From NCBI GenBank assembly GCA_965178125.1, contig OZ237738.1, positions 434,001-498,000 on the forward strand: a stretch of DNA of 64,000 nt. The letters are read 5' to 3'. Made by a program: the position numbers and the translations under genes. Positions 13,301-25,400 of this stretch are shown here, piece after piece (the first letter of the stretch is position 1; every line of letters starts with the position of its first letter). Under the pieces are notes generated by a model. The model searched no databases, was not told where the DNA came from, and saw only the letters and a program-made list of their open reading frames with translations. The DNA is from Bilabrum cf. latius. Its lineage: Eukaryota.

Positions 13301-14905
13301 GGTGACGATCTACGCAACGGAATGCTTTCTAATGACAGTGGCCGTGTACAGCAAGAACTGCAGCGGCTAGTGTCGTTCAGTACGGCGCAAACCGAGAGCA
13401 ATGAATCGGCCACAAGTGCAAACCCTCGACCTGTGCTAGCAAGGCCTGTTGTGTTGAGTACGAGCGCCACAGAAGATATTTTAATAGATTCTGTCCGGTG
13501 TCTGAGAGAGGATGCGGAACGCAGCCACATGCCACGCTCACCTAGTGAGATCGTGCTGGCCGCGGATATTCACCTGAGTGCTCTGACAGGCTGCTCGCGA
13601 GATATAGCCGTCAGCGACACGGAAGACTGTGCTGGGGGGGGCATCGCGATTGTTGCGCGCACATTTGCAGCTGCTGATGCGATGCACATGCTATCCACCG
13701 GATCTTGCATTGGAGTCGACCGTTCCGTCTCAATTGGTGGAAGATTGTGCTAGGCAGCTGTCTCGAAGCAGCACGGAAGTGCAGGTCTTGGTATTGGTGC
13801 TAATTCGTAGCGGGCAGTACCAAATTTTCGCTCACAAGATCAAGCACAGACTTGTAGTTCTGTCTATCCCAATGACCAATCCCAACAATGGCTCGGGCTT
13901 GCCGATTTTGGACGGGATGGTTATGATGACGAGGGCGGTGTCGGCATATCACCCACCTCGTTGGAGTCTTTCCTGAGCTTTGCGTTACTTGGCACCCCGA
14001 CCGGCAGACTGGTGCAAGAAGTCAGCATTAGGGCATATCATCCTGTAGATCCACCAGCTGCGGTGCAGCGATGCCCATTGGTTACGACACGAGCCCACAA
14101 CGTGCTCCCAGCCAAGCCAACAAGCGGCACGGTCGAGATTATCTCCATGTTGGCCGAGGAGCGCGACTCAATCTCGCAACGCCAGCAGCTTACGCAGGCA
14201 GTGCCTAGTGATTTAGTCGGGCGAGTCCAGACCGCGTTTTTGGAGATTGGAGCATGGACAGCCGTAGGAGAGTACCAAGCATGGAGCAATCGCCCCCCTC
14301 GGCGCAAGCGCCGTTTGCGCGACCCGCCAGAGGTGGAGCTTCACATGCTGCCCGTGTCTTCTCAATCGATCCAGGCGCTCTTGTACGAGCTCGGTGTGAT
14401 CATATCATCAGAGCAGGCAACTGGCATGGTGTTGCAGATGCGGCGCGCGGGATTCTTGAAGCTGCAGGGTAACGACTTGGAAGGCCTGTGCCTGCGCTCT
14501 GCACCTCTCGCCGAGGAGGAGGCCTCGGGTGCAGCGTCTGGTGCGAGTGCCAGCAGGGGTCGCATTGGCAGATTGCGGCTGACCACCGGGCTGCGCAGAT
14601 TGCTAGTGACCGATGAGGGCAAGCAATCTCCAGCCGCAGGCGAAGCTCTTGCGGCGTAGCGGGCCCTTGAGGCAGAGTACAGGCAAGTAAGCGCAGGTGG
14701 AACTGCAGCTGCGTTGCCAGATCATCCTGGTGTGGCAGAATGGATCAGTCCATTTCACTTTGCGCAGTGGTACTCGATGGAGCACGCTGAAGCAGGGGGC
14801 AGGCCGCCCGGAGCAGGTGGTGTCTCCGGTGCCATGCTCGGAGTGTCCATGGCAATCGCAAAGGCCTTCCGGGGGAAAGCGCGAAAAGCGAGAGAGATTA
14901 GTTGA
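1370..14905 (+). CDS. Very large protein of unknown function (~4,511 aa) with coiled-coil segments, an AP2-like motif, an IQ-like motif and a possible degenerate C-terminal EF-hand pair
   Basis: The major + strand ORF-track fragments from 1247 to 14905 share one frame and are separated only by TAG (~38 by manual count). There is no in-frame TAA/TGA from 1151 until TGA 14903-14905. Start ATG 1370 was chosen after an AT-rich stretch; ATG 1253 is an alternative. Confidence 0.75.
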
Positions 14906-14958
14906 AATGATTTCTATGAAAGAATGAAAATAGTGATACATCCAATGATCTGATCAGC

Positions 14959-17900
14959 TCATTTCGTGGATATCCGTGAGACGAAGCTCCGCATCCGTGA
15001 TAATGCGTCATGAAGCCGGGATTTCGGAGCCGACAAGCAGAAGCGGACCCTTCCCGGGCACCCAAAGCCAGTTCCAGGCACCAATGCCAGTCCCGTCTCA
15101 TCCAAGAGCGCCTAGCAGAAGTCCACGTCCGTGGCGAGCGGTGTTCCGCCCGACGAATACTACCGTGCACCGATGCAACCTTCGATCGATGGCATGGCAT
15201 AGATGGCAGCGGTAGGAATAGCTTCTTCTTCGATGGACACACCACCACCAATGCCGCGAATCCCCTCGAGGAAAATCTGGCGCTTTCCATCGAGCTCTTC
15301 GTTGACTCTGTCCAAGTACTAGTCAGTCTCGGGCTGGAGGGCAGCAATGGCGGCCTCCTAGCCAATGCTAGAAGCGCACGAAGTGACGTCAGACTAGATC
15401 TTGCTGCACATCCGAACCACGTCTGCCGGACCCACCATAAAGCCGACGCGGAACCCGCACATAGCCCAGGCCTTGCTCACTCCGTTCAAGAGGACAACTC
15501 GGCCGCGGAGAGCGGGCAAAGAGAATAGTGAGCTCGCCGGCTCTGCGTGCTTGGAGACGAGCCTGTCGTATATCTCGTCAGCAATCACCACGATGTGCTC
15601 AAGCTCTGGTTCGCAAAGGCACCGAGCAAGCTCCTCGAGGTCTGCCTTGTCGTACTTGGTGCCAGTGGGGTTGCCTGGGTTGCAAAGGATGATGGCTCGA
15701 GTCCGCGACGATGCAGAGGCCCGCAGGCTTGCAGGCGTGATCCGGAAACCGTTCGAGGCTTCGGTAGCCACCTTGACGACGCGAAGGCCCGTGAGCCTCG
15801 GCATGGTCAAGAAGCTGGGCCACGCCGGAGTGGGCACGAGGATCTCGTCTGCGGTGTGGTCACGGTCTGAACCCACGGCAGACCCAGCGCCCGGTGCCAA
15901 GGCGCAGCACAGCTGGAAGAGGCACTGCTTGCTTCCGTTTGACACCAACACGTTCGACTTTGGATCCACTGGCACTCCATGTCGACGGTTTACGTACTTT
16001 GCTACGGCTTGCCGCAGCGTGATGGCGCCATGGGAACTGGTGTACCCGGTCTTGCCGTCCTTGAGCGCCTAGTGCGCGGCCTGCATGACAGATGCCGGCG
16101 GCTTCCAGTCAGGAGCACCCACCGCTAAACTCAGCACGTCTTTGCCAGCCTCCATCATCTCCACCGTCTTTGCGTGCAGCATCGTGGTCACGGGTGCCTC
16201 CACAGCACCAATGGTCGGGTTGAGGCTGTCGTAGCGCAGCTGGGGCGCGCACGGTATTTCATCCAGCGAGGCTGCCGGGGCAGCATGCGGCGCAGACGCA
16301 TCGCGTGACGAGTCTCCAGCCCCGGAGGAAGGACCGCTAGCGCCCCGTGAGGCAGCCACGTCGCTCCCAGCTGCTGTCCCATCGTCCTCTGCCGTGAGCT
16401 CTGATCTGATCTCATCGAGTGCATCCGCAAGCGCATCCAGCTGCCTCCGGCTGCTCTTGTTGTGCTTGTACAGGGCCAAGAATAGGTCGAAGGAATCCTT
16501 GCAAGTGTTCTCGACCAGCTGCAGCAGGGCCTCGAATCCCTTGGTGGCGATCTCACACTGCGACAGCCGTAACCTGTGCAGGACCCTGCCCGTCAAGTGG
16601 GTCACAAACTGCGTGCCCGCGGCGAGCTCGTCATGCTTCTCCGCATTCATGGCTACCATGGAGCAGCCTTGATCGCGGAAGAGGCCCAGCGCGAACTCCA
16701 ACCGGGCCTGCGCTGCCGGCTCCTGCCGGGTTCTTCCTACCTCGTACACCATGGGCAACCCAGCCCAGCCGTGCTTTCCGCTCTCTGGGCCGAACATTGG
16801 GTGCGTCAGGAGGATGTCCGCAGACGCCGGAACATTGGCAGTGTCCAAAAGCAGATCTTTTGGGTGCTGCTTCACGCTGAGCACGTCTACGATCAGCTTG
16901 CCCTCCAGCTGTTCCTTCGGCAGCCTCCGTAGCACCGACGCAAAGCTGAGTATGCTCGTGGCAAGAAACACAATGTCCGGGGAATGAGAGAAGAACTCGC
17001 GCAACCCAAGAGCAAAGGTGGCTCCCATCGCCTCGGCTTGCGCGGTGTAGTCGCCCCTGCTGGTTGCAACAACCTGCAACGGCTTGCCGGCCTGCTTTGC
17101 ATGCTTCAAGAACCCTTGCGCGAGGAATTGACCGAACACGCCGAAGCCGATGATGCCCACCTTGTACGGCCTGCCCGCTGATGCCGCTCCCCCACGGCTC
17201 TGCAGCGCCGCTCCGTTTGATACCATAGAACCCTTAGATTTGTCAACTGATTCATCGGTACCTGCAGCTGCACCACAACTCCCTGCACCGTCAGCCGGAC
17301 CATCAGCTGCATCACTGCTTGCATCAGCTGACGCCGAACGAGCCGCAGCCTGAACCGACTCGACCGCTCCAGCTGCTACCACGTCAGCACCCTTGGACTC
17401 GGACGCTGCATACGACCCCAGCACCCTGACAAAACTGGCAATCTCGCCCAGATGGTCCACAGCTTTGACCATGCGAGGGTCGTGCCGGTGCGCGGCGACG
17501 TCAAGGAAGAACATGTACTCGATGAGGGAGCCCTCGGCGTCGGTCGCCGTCGAGCCTACAGGTGAGGGTGCAGACGACGGCTTGCTCGAGCTGCTGCCGG
17601 TGCCTTGCCCCGGGGAGCCTGGCGGTCCGGCCTGCCCCGAGGGTTGAGCGAACCGCTTCAGTGCGGTCGGATCGTAGTGCACGCCGGGCGTGGCGGGGCG
17701 CGATTCGAGCTTCGTTAGGTCGATGTCACGGAGAGAAAAAACACTGAGGGCTTTGAATAGAGCCCCTGGGACGTTGCTTCTCGGTGCAAACACCATGGAG
17801 GTCCTCCACCGCACGCCCTCTGGCGCTTCCGGCACGATTGCGGCGATTGGGATCTTTGTTGGGACCGATGGGGCCCTCGATACGAGCAGGAAGCGGGTCG

Positions 17901-18450
17901 TGTTCCCCTTCGCGTCTTCGATTCCGGATGCAAGCACTTCTAACCCATAGCGAGTGGCAGCTCCAGCGCTCGCGACGGCTGCTACGTTGAGAGTATCTCC
18001 TGATGTGGCTCTCTCTGCGACATCTGCGGCAGCTCCTGCCGTGTCGTAGAACTCCCTGGCATCGATCGCGCGAGAACGTAGCCAATTCTAGCACTATGCA
18101 AGGGCTTGTGGATGAGATTGCGCGACCTTGATGTCCTTGAGCGTCGTTCCTGAGGGGGCCAGAAGGCAGTGCTTGACATGAAATCTGTGCTCCGCGACTA
18201 TCTCGACGTCGTCGTACCGCACCAGAAGATCGTAGTTAGCATGAATGGAACCGCCTAGATTATTTTCAATCGGAAGCAAAGCAGCATCGACCCGGCGCTC
18301 TCGAATGGCCTAGAAGCAGCTGCTGAAGGAGCTCAAGGGCACCGGGTGCAGCGCGATCCCAGAGACGCGAGATACGCTCGAACCGAGCTCTTGAACGGCT
18401 CCCTCTGAGTATGCCCCTGGAATGCCTTGGTAAGCGACTCTAATTGCCAT
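14959..18450 (-). CDS. Trifunctional arogenate/prephenate dehydratase (PDT+ACT) - arogenate dehydrogenase (TyrA) - class Ib aspartate/prephenate aminotransferase, 1,163 aa
   Basis: Dehydratase: MAIRVAYQGIPGAYSE, LPIENNLGGS, SHPQALAQC, NTTRFL, plus ACT DLTKLESRP. Dehydrogenase: KVGIIGFGVFGQFLA, DVLSVK, THPMFGPESGK, ENTCKDSFDL. Aminotransferase: VSNGSKQ, CNPGNPTG, ADEIY, NGVSKAWAMCGFRVG. One frame, 9 in-frame TAG, TGA stop at 14959-14961. Confidence 0.92.
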
Positions 18451-18566
18451 GGCTGCCGCCCAGTGTTGTCTTTTCGAGCATTGCAGAACAGTCGCAAACG
18501 GGTCGTCCGGAGTCTGGAGCAGCCGTCGTAAAATCGCTTCATTACGCGCACACTAGCAGCCAGAAA

Positions 18567-19721
18567 ATGATTTCGCCTATGCTTGCTAGCGTTGTACTCT
18601 TCAGCACTGTAACATTGTCCCAGGAGGTACCGTGCACGTGCAAGGATCAGGACCTGTGCAAACCTCTCAATGCGCCAGTCTTGCAAGACAAGGAGTTTTA
18701 TGGCTTTTTGCTGAGCCCTGACACGTGGCCGACGTACAATTTCTCGGTATTGACGACAGCATGCATTGCTGGGATTCACAATTTCAATTCTGACATGGTT
18801 TGCGAAGCCCACAAGAATGGAGCCCGCGTGACAGCAATCACTACTGGGTTTCCCAAGGAGCAGCTTGCAAACGCGAGCTTCCGATAGGATTGGGTTCAGG
18901 AAAACATCGACATGATGCAGCAGTATCGGCTGGATGGACTGAATCTCGACTTTGAGGACTGGGTGAAGGATCCCGGCCTGGTTGCCGGCTTGTCCTCGCT
19001 TGTCAAAGAGCTCAATGCTGCGATCAAGACGGTTTCCAAGACGTTGCAGTTCACCGTGGATGTGGCTTGGAGCCCAAATGGAATCGACGAGCGCGACTAC
19101 GACTACAAGACGATCGCGGACAACTCAGACGGGATCTTTGTTATGGCTTACGACGAGAGGAGCCAGGTGATGGCCAAGGACTGCCTGGCAGGCGCGAATT
19201 CTCCGCTTGCCAACGCAGAGGCTGGCCTGGCCAACTTCTCGGCCCTACCAGTTCCCACCTCCAAGATGATCCTGGGCATGCCGTGGTACGGATACCGTTA
19301 CGAGTGCCTGCCGGGCACCGCAGAAGACGCGGTGTCGTGCCCCATCGCGCGCACCAGCTGGCGCAACGCGACGTGTTCGGACGCAGTGGGAAGCGAACAC
19401 AACCACTACGAGATCCTCGGGTGGCTCAACGGTGGAGCCTACGTCACGAAGCCGCTGGTGTACAACGAGACGGTCTAGGCGCCGTACTTCAACTTCCTGA
19501 CTGGGACCCCTTCCAACTCCACGGTGCACCAGGTCTGGTTCGATGATCCCAGGAGCCTCGCCGCCAAGAGAGACCTGGCTGCTAAGCTGGGGCTGGCGGG
19601 AACTGGCGTGTGGAACCTCGACGCGATCACGAGCAGCCAGGGGGACCCCGCCCAAGCCATGCGGGACTCCATGTACGCCGCCACGTCCATCTGCTCGCCC
19701 GCGTCGGGCGGCTGCAAGTGA
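18567..19721 (+). CDS. CTBS: GH18 di-N-acetylchitobiase-like glycosidase, secreted or lysosomal, 384 aa
   Basis: Signal-like MISPMLASVVLFSTVTLS; CxC...LC N-terminus; catalytic DGLNLDFE; DVAWSP..ID.R.YDY; FVMAYDE; GMPWYGY.Y.C; QVWFDDP.SL; GVWN. In-frame TAG at 18885 and 19476; TGA stop. Confidence 0.85.
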
Positions 19722-19860
19722 CTTGCTTGGGCGTAGAGCTCCGACTTTGCGTGTGGTGAATGCGTTGCTTGTGTTTGGGACGGTGGTGCGCGTACGACTG
19801 CTAAGACTACCATTTACTATCTCCATTTTTAGTGCAATCGTATCATATCATACTTATTAC

Positions 19861-22213
19861 TCAAGCCCTTGCCTGCTCCTGCTGGGCCTCTTCGGCGGGG
19901 GGAACCACACCCATGACGGAGTCCACGTCATCGGAAGCGTAGTCGCCGATCAGCTTCAGGTCGTAGTTGTCCACCAGCGCACCCAGCAGCCCAGGCGTGA
20001 TAAAGGCGGGGGGGCGGGGGCCGATCCGGATGCCCTTGAGTCCCAGATGCAGCAGGGAAAGCAGCACGGCCACGGCCTTCTGCTCGAACCACGAGAGCAC
20101 GATGCTCAGAGGCAGGTCCGTCACGGGCACTCCCAGCTTCTTGGAAAGCTCGGCGGCGACTGCGATGGCAGAGTACGTGTCGTTGCACTGTCCCACGTCG
20201 AGCAGCCTGGGGATCTGGGTGTTAGGAACCACACCGTAGTCCTTCTTGTTGATCACGCGGAACTTGCCGCATCCCAGAGTCATCATGAGGCTCTCGTCGG
20301 GCAGCTCGCTCGCCAGGTCGGTGTAGTAGCTGCGCGCGTTCTCAGTGCCGTCGCAGCCCCCGATGATGACGATCCGCTTCAAGTCCCCGGCCTTGGCGGC
20401 ATCAATCACGGCATCGGTGGCGCCAATGAGCGCCTCCCGGCCGAAGCCAGCCAGAGTCGTCTGCGGCTCCTCGGTGGTCTGGAAGCCAGGCTGGTTGAGC
20501 GCAGCCTTGATGGCCGGGGTGAAATCGCCGTCAGCGATGTGGGCGGTGCCGTGGTACCCCACCTCGTTCGTCGTGAAGATGCGCTCCTCGTACGCCGGCT
20601 TGGGCCTCATCAGGCAGTTCGTGGTCATCACGATGCTGCCGGGGAAGTTGCGGAAATCAAAGTGCTGCAGGGACCACTGGCCGCCGTAGTGGCCGACCAG
20701 GTGCTTGTACTTCTTCAGTCCGGGGTAGGTGTGCGCGGGCCTGCGAAACATGGCAGAAAGAGGTGAGGGTGGGAGCCAACGAACGTGTCCAGCAGCATGG
20801 GAAATCTAGGCTGGTTTTGTTCAAAGAAACCCAAATGAGAGGGATTTCTCAGAGCTTGTCGCGTGTCTCTCACATCATCTCTCCGTGCGTGTAGACGTTC
20901 ACGCCGGTGCCCTCGGTCTGCTTGAGGATTGCCTCGAGATCGCGCATGTCGTGGCCGGAAACGAGGAGACACTTGCCCTCGGTGGCAGCCATGTTGATCT
21001 GGGTGGGCTCCGGGGCTCCAAACTGCTCGTTGTGCCCTGCATCCAGCAGCTTCATCGCCGTCAGGTTGGCCTCACCGACGGCCAGGGACAGCTGCACGCC
21101 GTCCATCATGGTCTTGCCCTTGCCGCCGTAGGCCAGCTCTGAGAGCACCCGGTGCACCTCGGAGAACAGATCGGCGCTCTCCTCATGCAGCTCCAGCGCG
21201 TGCGTCCCGTAGGCGCCCACGCCCCTGAGACCGTAGAGGGCCAGCTCATACGCAGCGAAAGCGTCCGCGTCCTCCACGGCGGCCTGTCGCGCGTCCACAC
21301 CAAAGGTACCGAATCCGATCGCGGACAGTGCTTCTGCGTCCGCGTGGGGCGCCACCTGGATGGAGGCGGGGCCGGGGACGCCCTCGGCCGGTGGCTGGAA
21401 CCCCGAGTCCATGGCGAGCTGACGCACGGACTCGGAGACCTCGCTCATCTCTGCTGCCAGCTGCACGAAGCGATCTTCGTCAAAGTTCACGTTGGTAACT
21501 GTGGAGAACAGCGCCCGGAACGTCATTTCATTGACGGAGTGCGGGACTTCGGCTCCCTGGGCGCGAGCAACAGTGGCCCAGTACCCAACACCCATGGCCT
21601 GTGCGGTAACCAGGTCTTGCAGCCCAGACACAAGAGCACTCTTGCCGCACACGCCCTTGACGTGGCATCCAGCATTGGCAAGGGTCTGTTCGCATTGGAA
21701 GCAACTCATCTTGTTGTCAGACACTGCGAAGTGGAGTGGAAAAATGGACCGCGGTCAAGTTGAGTCCATTTCCAGCGAACATGCGCAACAAAGACTAGTT
21801 CAAGCCACGACAAGCGCACACAAAGACTAAATTAATTGTTTTATACCAGTTTATGGGATTTGTACGGATCAAAAGGGTTCTTGTGGGGCAATCCACACCC
21901 ATCGACAAGCCAATCAGGAGCGAATCACGGCACCTCCCTCCCGATTCACACGAGCTGTCACGTCACCAAAGCCATCCAACACGCACAATCAGTAAGATCA
22001 TGCGTATTATACATATTTGAATAGCATTGTTCAGTTGAAACGTGGAAATGAACAAGCATTGAAGCTGTAATGGGGAAAGCTCTCACCAGCGGTGGATCGC
22101 AAGAAGCGCCTCGCTCCTGCGCGAAGCACAGATGTTTTGGTCCCTCCCACGCGTGATGTCAAAGTTGACATTCGCATAATAGCCTTTGAAGCTCTAGTGG
22201 TGGCAGACAACAT
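19861..22213 (-). CDS. hcp: Hybrid cluster protein (prismane; hydroxylamine/NO reductase) with N-terminal mitochondrial-type presequence, 618 aa, 3 exons (22213-22087, 21723-20874, 20740-19861)
   Basis: CFQCEQTLANAGCHVKGVCGK (C-x2-C-x8-C-x5-C), SGHD, YTHGEMMPAH (spliced), TTNC, GGCDG, GCGK, GQCND, SWFEQKA. Exon 1 encodes MLSATTRASKAIMRMSTLTSRVGGTKTSVLRAGARRFLRSTA. TGA stop; no in-frame TAG. Confidence 0.93.
20741..20873 (-). other. Spliceosomal intron (133 nt, phase 2) in hcp
   Basis: GTGAGAG...TTTCGCAG; removing it restores YTHGEMMPAHTYP. Confidence 0.9.
21724..22086 (-). other. Spliceosomal intron (363 nt, phase 1) in hcp
   Basis: GTGAGAG...CTTCGCAG; joins the presequence exon in frame to (V)SDNKMSCFQC. 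Confidence 0.75.
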
Positions 22214-22401
22214 AGTTACGGCCAGTTACAATCAGTTGAGAATGTGATGTCTGAGTGACCTGCCCGACGCGCCGACAAGTTCCGATTCTGGAAACTTCAC
22301 ACCACAAAATCTGAGAATTACTCCGAACTGCTCCGATCCTACCAAGAACAAGTCTTAATCTCATAGAAATAAAGGATTCCGTGTTCTTGTCTGAATACAG
22401 C

Positions 22402-25400
22402 TCACCACCCATCATCTGATTTATCTTCGAAATCTCCCCCATCGTCACTGTCCTGCGGCCCCGCCACACCGCCGAAGGATTCAGCAGTCGAATTGAGACC
22501 ACCAGCATCAGGGAATCCTGCAGCCGCCAGCGAGTCGTCGTCATAGAGAGCATCGGCTCCCTCGGGTACACCACCGTCCGCCCCATCCGCCGCCGTGCCC
22601 TCCCCCGCTCCCCCAGACCAAGAGCCCGAACCCGCGCCCTGCTCACGCGGGTCGGCCGCCTGCCCACGTGCATCCGACTGATCCTGCGATTCATCGCCTG
22701 GACCACCGGCGCGACCCGGGGTTTGATATGCCTCGGATGTTTCAAAGCTCGTGCCACCAGCTCCACTGGCAGCTGCGGCGGCCGCGGCAACGTCCTCCTC
22801 CTTAGCAGTGAACGACATCGGCCCGGCGGTTGGGGGGGCTCCTCTCACAGCCATCCCGCCGTACCCAGCATCCTCCTCTTCACCGTCTTCCTCATCCTCG
22901 TCCTGCTGGTCCAGCCCAGCCTCCTTGGCGATCTCCCCGCCTTCCTCCTGAAGCAGCCGCTGGGCCGCCATAGCCTCCTTCTGGGACTCTGTAGTTGTCT
23001 GGTCCGCATACCTTGACATGGGCTTCCGTCGGCGACCCTTGCTCTTGGCCCGGCCGTTGCTTCCGCCAGCAGGCGGCATGGACAGACCCAGTGCCACGGT
23101 CGGAGGAGGCTTGCTGGCGTCAAGTTTGGAAGCAGCCTCGGCCTCTTTCGCCGCCTACTCATCCTCCTGCTGGTCCGACCCGGTCACAAACGCAGACAAT
23201 GATCCGAAGAGGCCACGTTGCTTTCGCTTGGCCTCCCGCTCCTCCGCAGCCGCACGCTTACGCTCCTGCTATCGCTTCAGGGCGGCCTCTCTGGCTCGGT
23301 TCGTGGCCAGCGCGCGCTTGCCCTTGGCCCCTTTGCCACGCTTTCGGGCTAGTGTGGTCGGATTGACAAAGCTGAAAGCGGCAGGAGCTGGAGGGCCAGC
23401 CTCGTCACCGTCTTTGCTCGATTCGGCATTGCTGCCGTCTTCGGTTGAAGCCGATTCCGGATTTTGATCGGGAAGACTTGGGGTCTTATCATCTGGGCGC
23501 TCCTCATGCACGCCTTCGCCGCTGTCTGCGCTGTCCTTCTCAGCTGGCTCAGGGGTAGTCGTGCTGTGGTGGTCCTCATGCTCGCCCAGGGCCGAGTGCA
23601 CGGCGGGCGAAGCGCCACTTGCCGGCGCGGCTGCAGGAGCTTCCATCTGTTCCACAGCACTTTCACCTCCTGGGGTCTGCTCAGCAGTAGGAGCAGCGAG
23701 CTCTGACACAGCTGCGGGAGGGCCGTCGTTAGGAGCTGTCGTACCTTCTCCTGCAATAGCTGGCGGCTCCATCACCGGCTGATCGCTCGCTCTGGCATTA
23801 GCTGTGACGATAGAGCCGCCCGCGGAGCTGCCGCCCGCTGCCTGCTCAGCCGCCTGATCTGCCGCGACTGGTCGGCCATCACCCGGTGGACTGTCGACCG
23901 GGGTGCTGAGCTGGTCGACGGTGACCTGAGCCTCGGCCGCCCCACTGCCGTCTGTTTCAGACGGAGGCTGCGCTGGCGCTTCAATCAGGTTCCCAGCCTC
24001 GTCCATGACGCCGCACTACCGCCCCATGGCCACGTAGTAATCAAGATCATGTGCCACAGCGTCTGGTTGGAAAACGTATTTTCCACCATCGACAATCCGA
24101 AGCCCCGGGTACCACAAGGTGAGCGTCGAATTGCCATCGTCACCTTCGTACCAGTAGCCTTCTGGTGCTCTTGTGTACCTGTCGGGATCTTGCTAGTACA
24201 GCTTGCAGTACAGAGGTGCAATGATGTCTACAAGCCGTTCATGCTCAGGAAGTACGCCTGCGACGCATGAGATTGTGGCGGAAGCCGCCGAAATTGCACC
24301 CGACTGTGCGTTGGCATCGGTTGCTTGGCCTTGCTGGGCACTCGCATAGCCGACTTCAACCGATGCACCGGGTTCTGCCCCATCGTTCTCTCCACTATCT
24401 TCGGTGCCAGCATCGTCTGGCTGACCTTTGCCAGACAGTGGGGGCTCTTGGTCCTGTTTGGCAGCTGCAAACGCGCTCTCATCACTGGCTTCACTACCTT
24501 TCTGCTCCGCAGCCGCAGCCCGCGGGGACTGCTGATCGCTGGGAGTGTTGCCAGAAGCTGTTGAACCAGTAGCCCCGTCTCCTGAGTTCTTGATATCGTC
24601 AGTTGGGTCTCCTTCCGCCTAACTAGACACGTCTACCTGATGCTCTACAACGGAGTCATCGTCGGTCTCGGGTGCCTCCTCGCCTTGCCCACTGCCCGTA
24701 CCAGTCTCGTTCAATGCAGCAGCCACCGCCTCGGCAGATTCTTCTTTAGGCTATACTGAGGCACCAGCACCAGCACCAGCACCAGCACCGGGACCAGCAC
24801 CAGCACCAGCACCAGCACCAGCACCAGCACCAGCATCATCGCCTTGCTTGTCGTCCGCCTATCCACTGCTCGGGTCCAGCATGCCCATCATGAGGGCACT
24901 CCCAGTCACAACCTTAGGAGTGGCATCCACGGAAGCCTGCCTCACCCTCAACGGGGACGGTGCATCTTCGTCCCCGCCAATCTGGAGCTTGCGGGGTGAT
25001 GCCTTCGACTCGCTGTCCGCGCCCGTGCTGGCTCCAGAGCTCGTCCCGCTGGTATCAGCGGCAGCCCCCGAAGCTGCCGTGGTGCCCGACTCGTCCTGCT
25101 GGCCTGCCTCGGTCGAGTTATTCACGGCGTCGCTTTCATCACCACTGCTACCGCTCGTGTCGCCGTCGTCGCCGCCCGAATCCTCGTCGTCGCTTGAGGA
25201 AGACAGCACATTCTCGTCATCGTCCAAAACCCCCTTGTCCTCCTCGTCCGACTCATCACCTGTGACGGGGGCCTCCTTTGCTGGATCAGGCTTAGATGCA
25301 GCTAGCTTGGCGGGACTCTCTCCCTGCCCTTGCTCTTGTGTGTGGACTAGACCAGCTGCGGCTCCGACTGAGCTTGAGACGTCTGAGTCCTCGGCTGGAG

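Noticed and set aside
19543-20766. 407-aa + strand ORF (and similarly 34636-35730)
   Set aside because: Antisense shadows of hcp and of the helicase, produced by codon bias.
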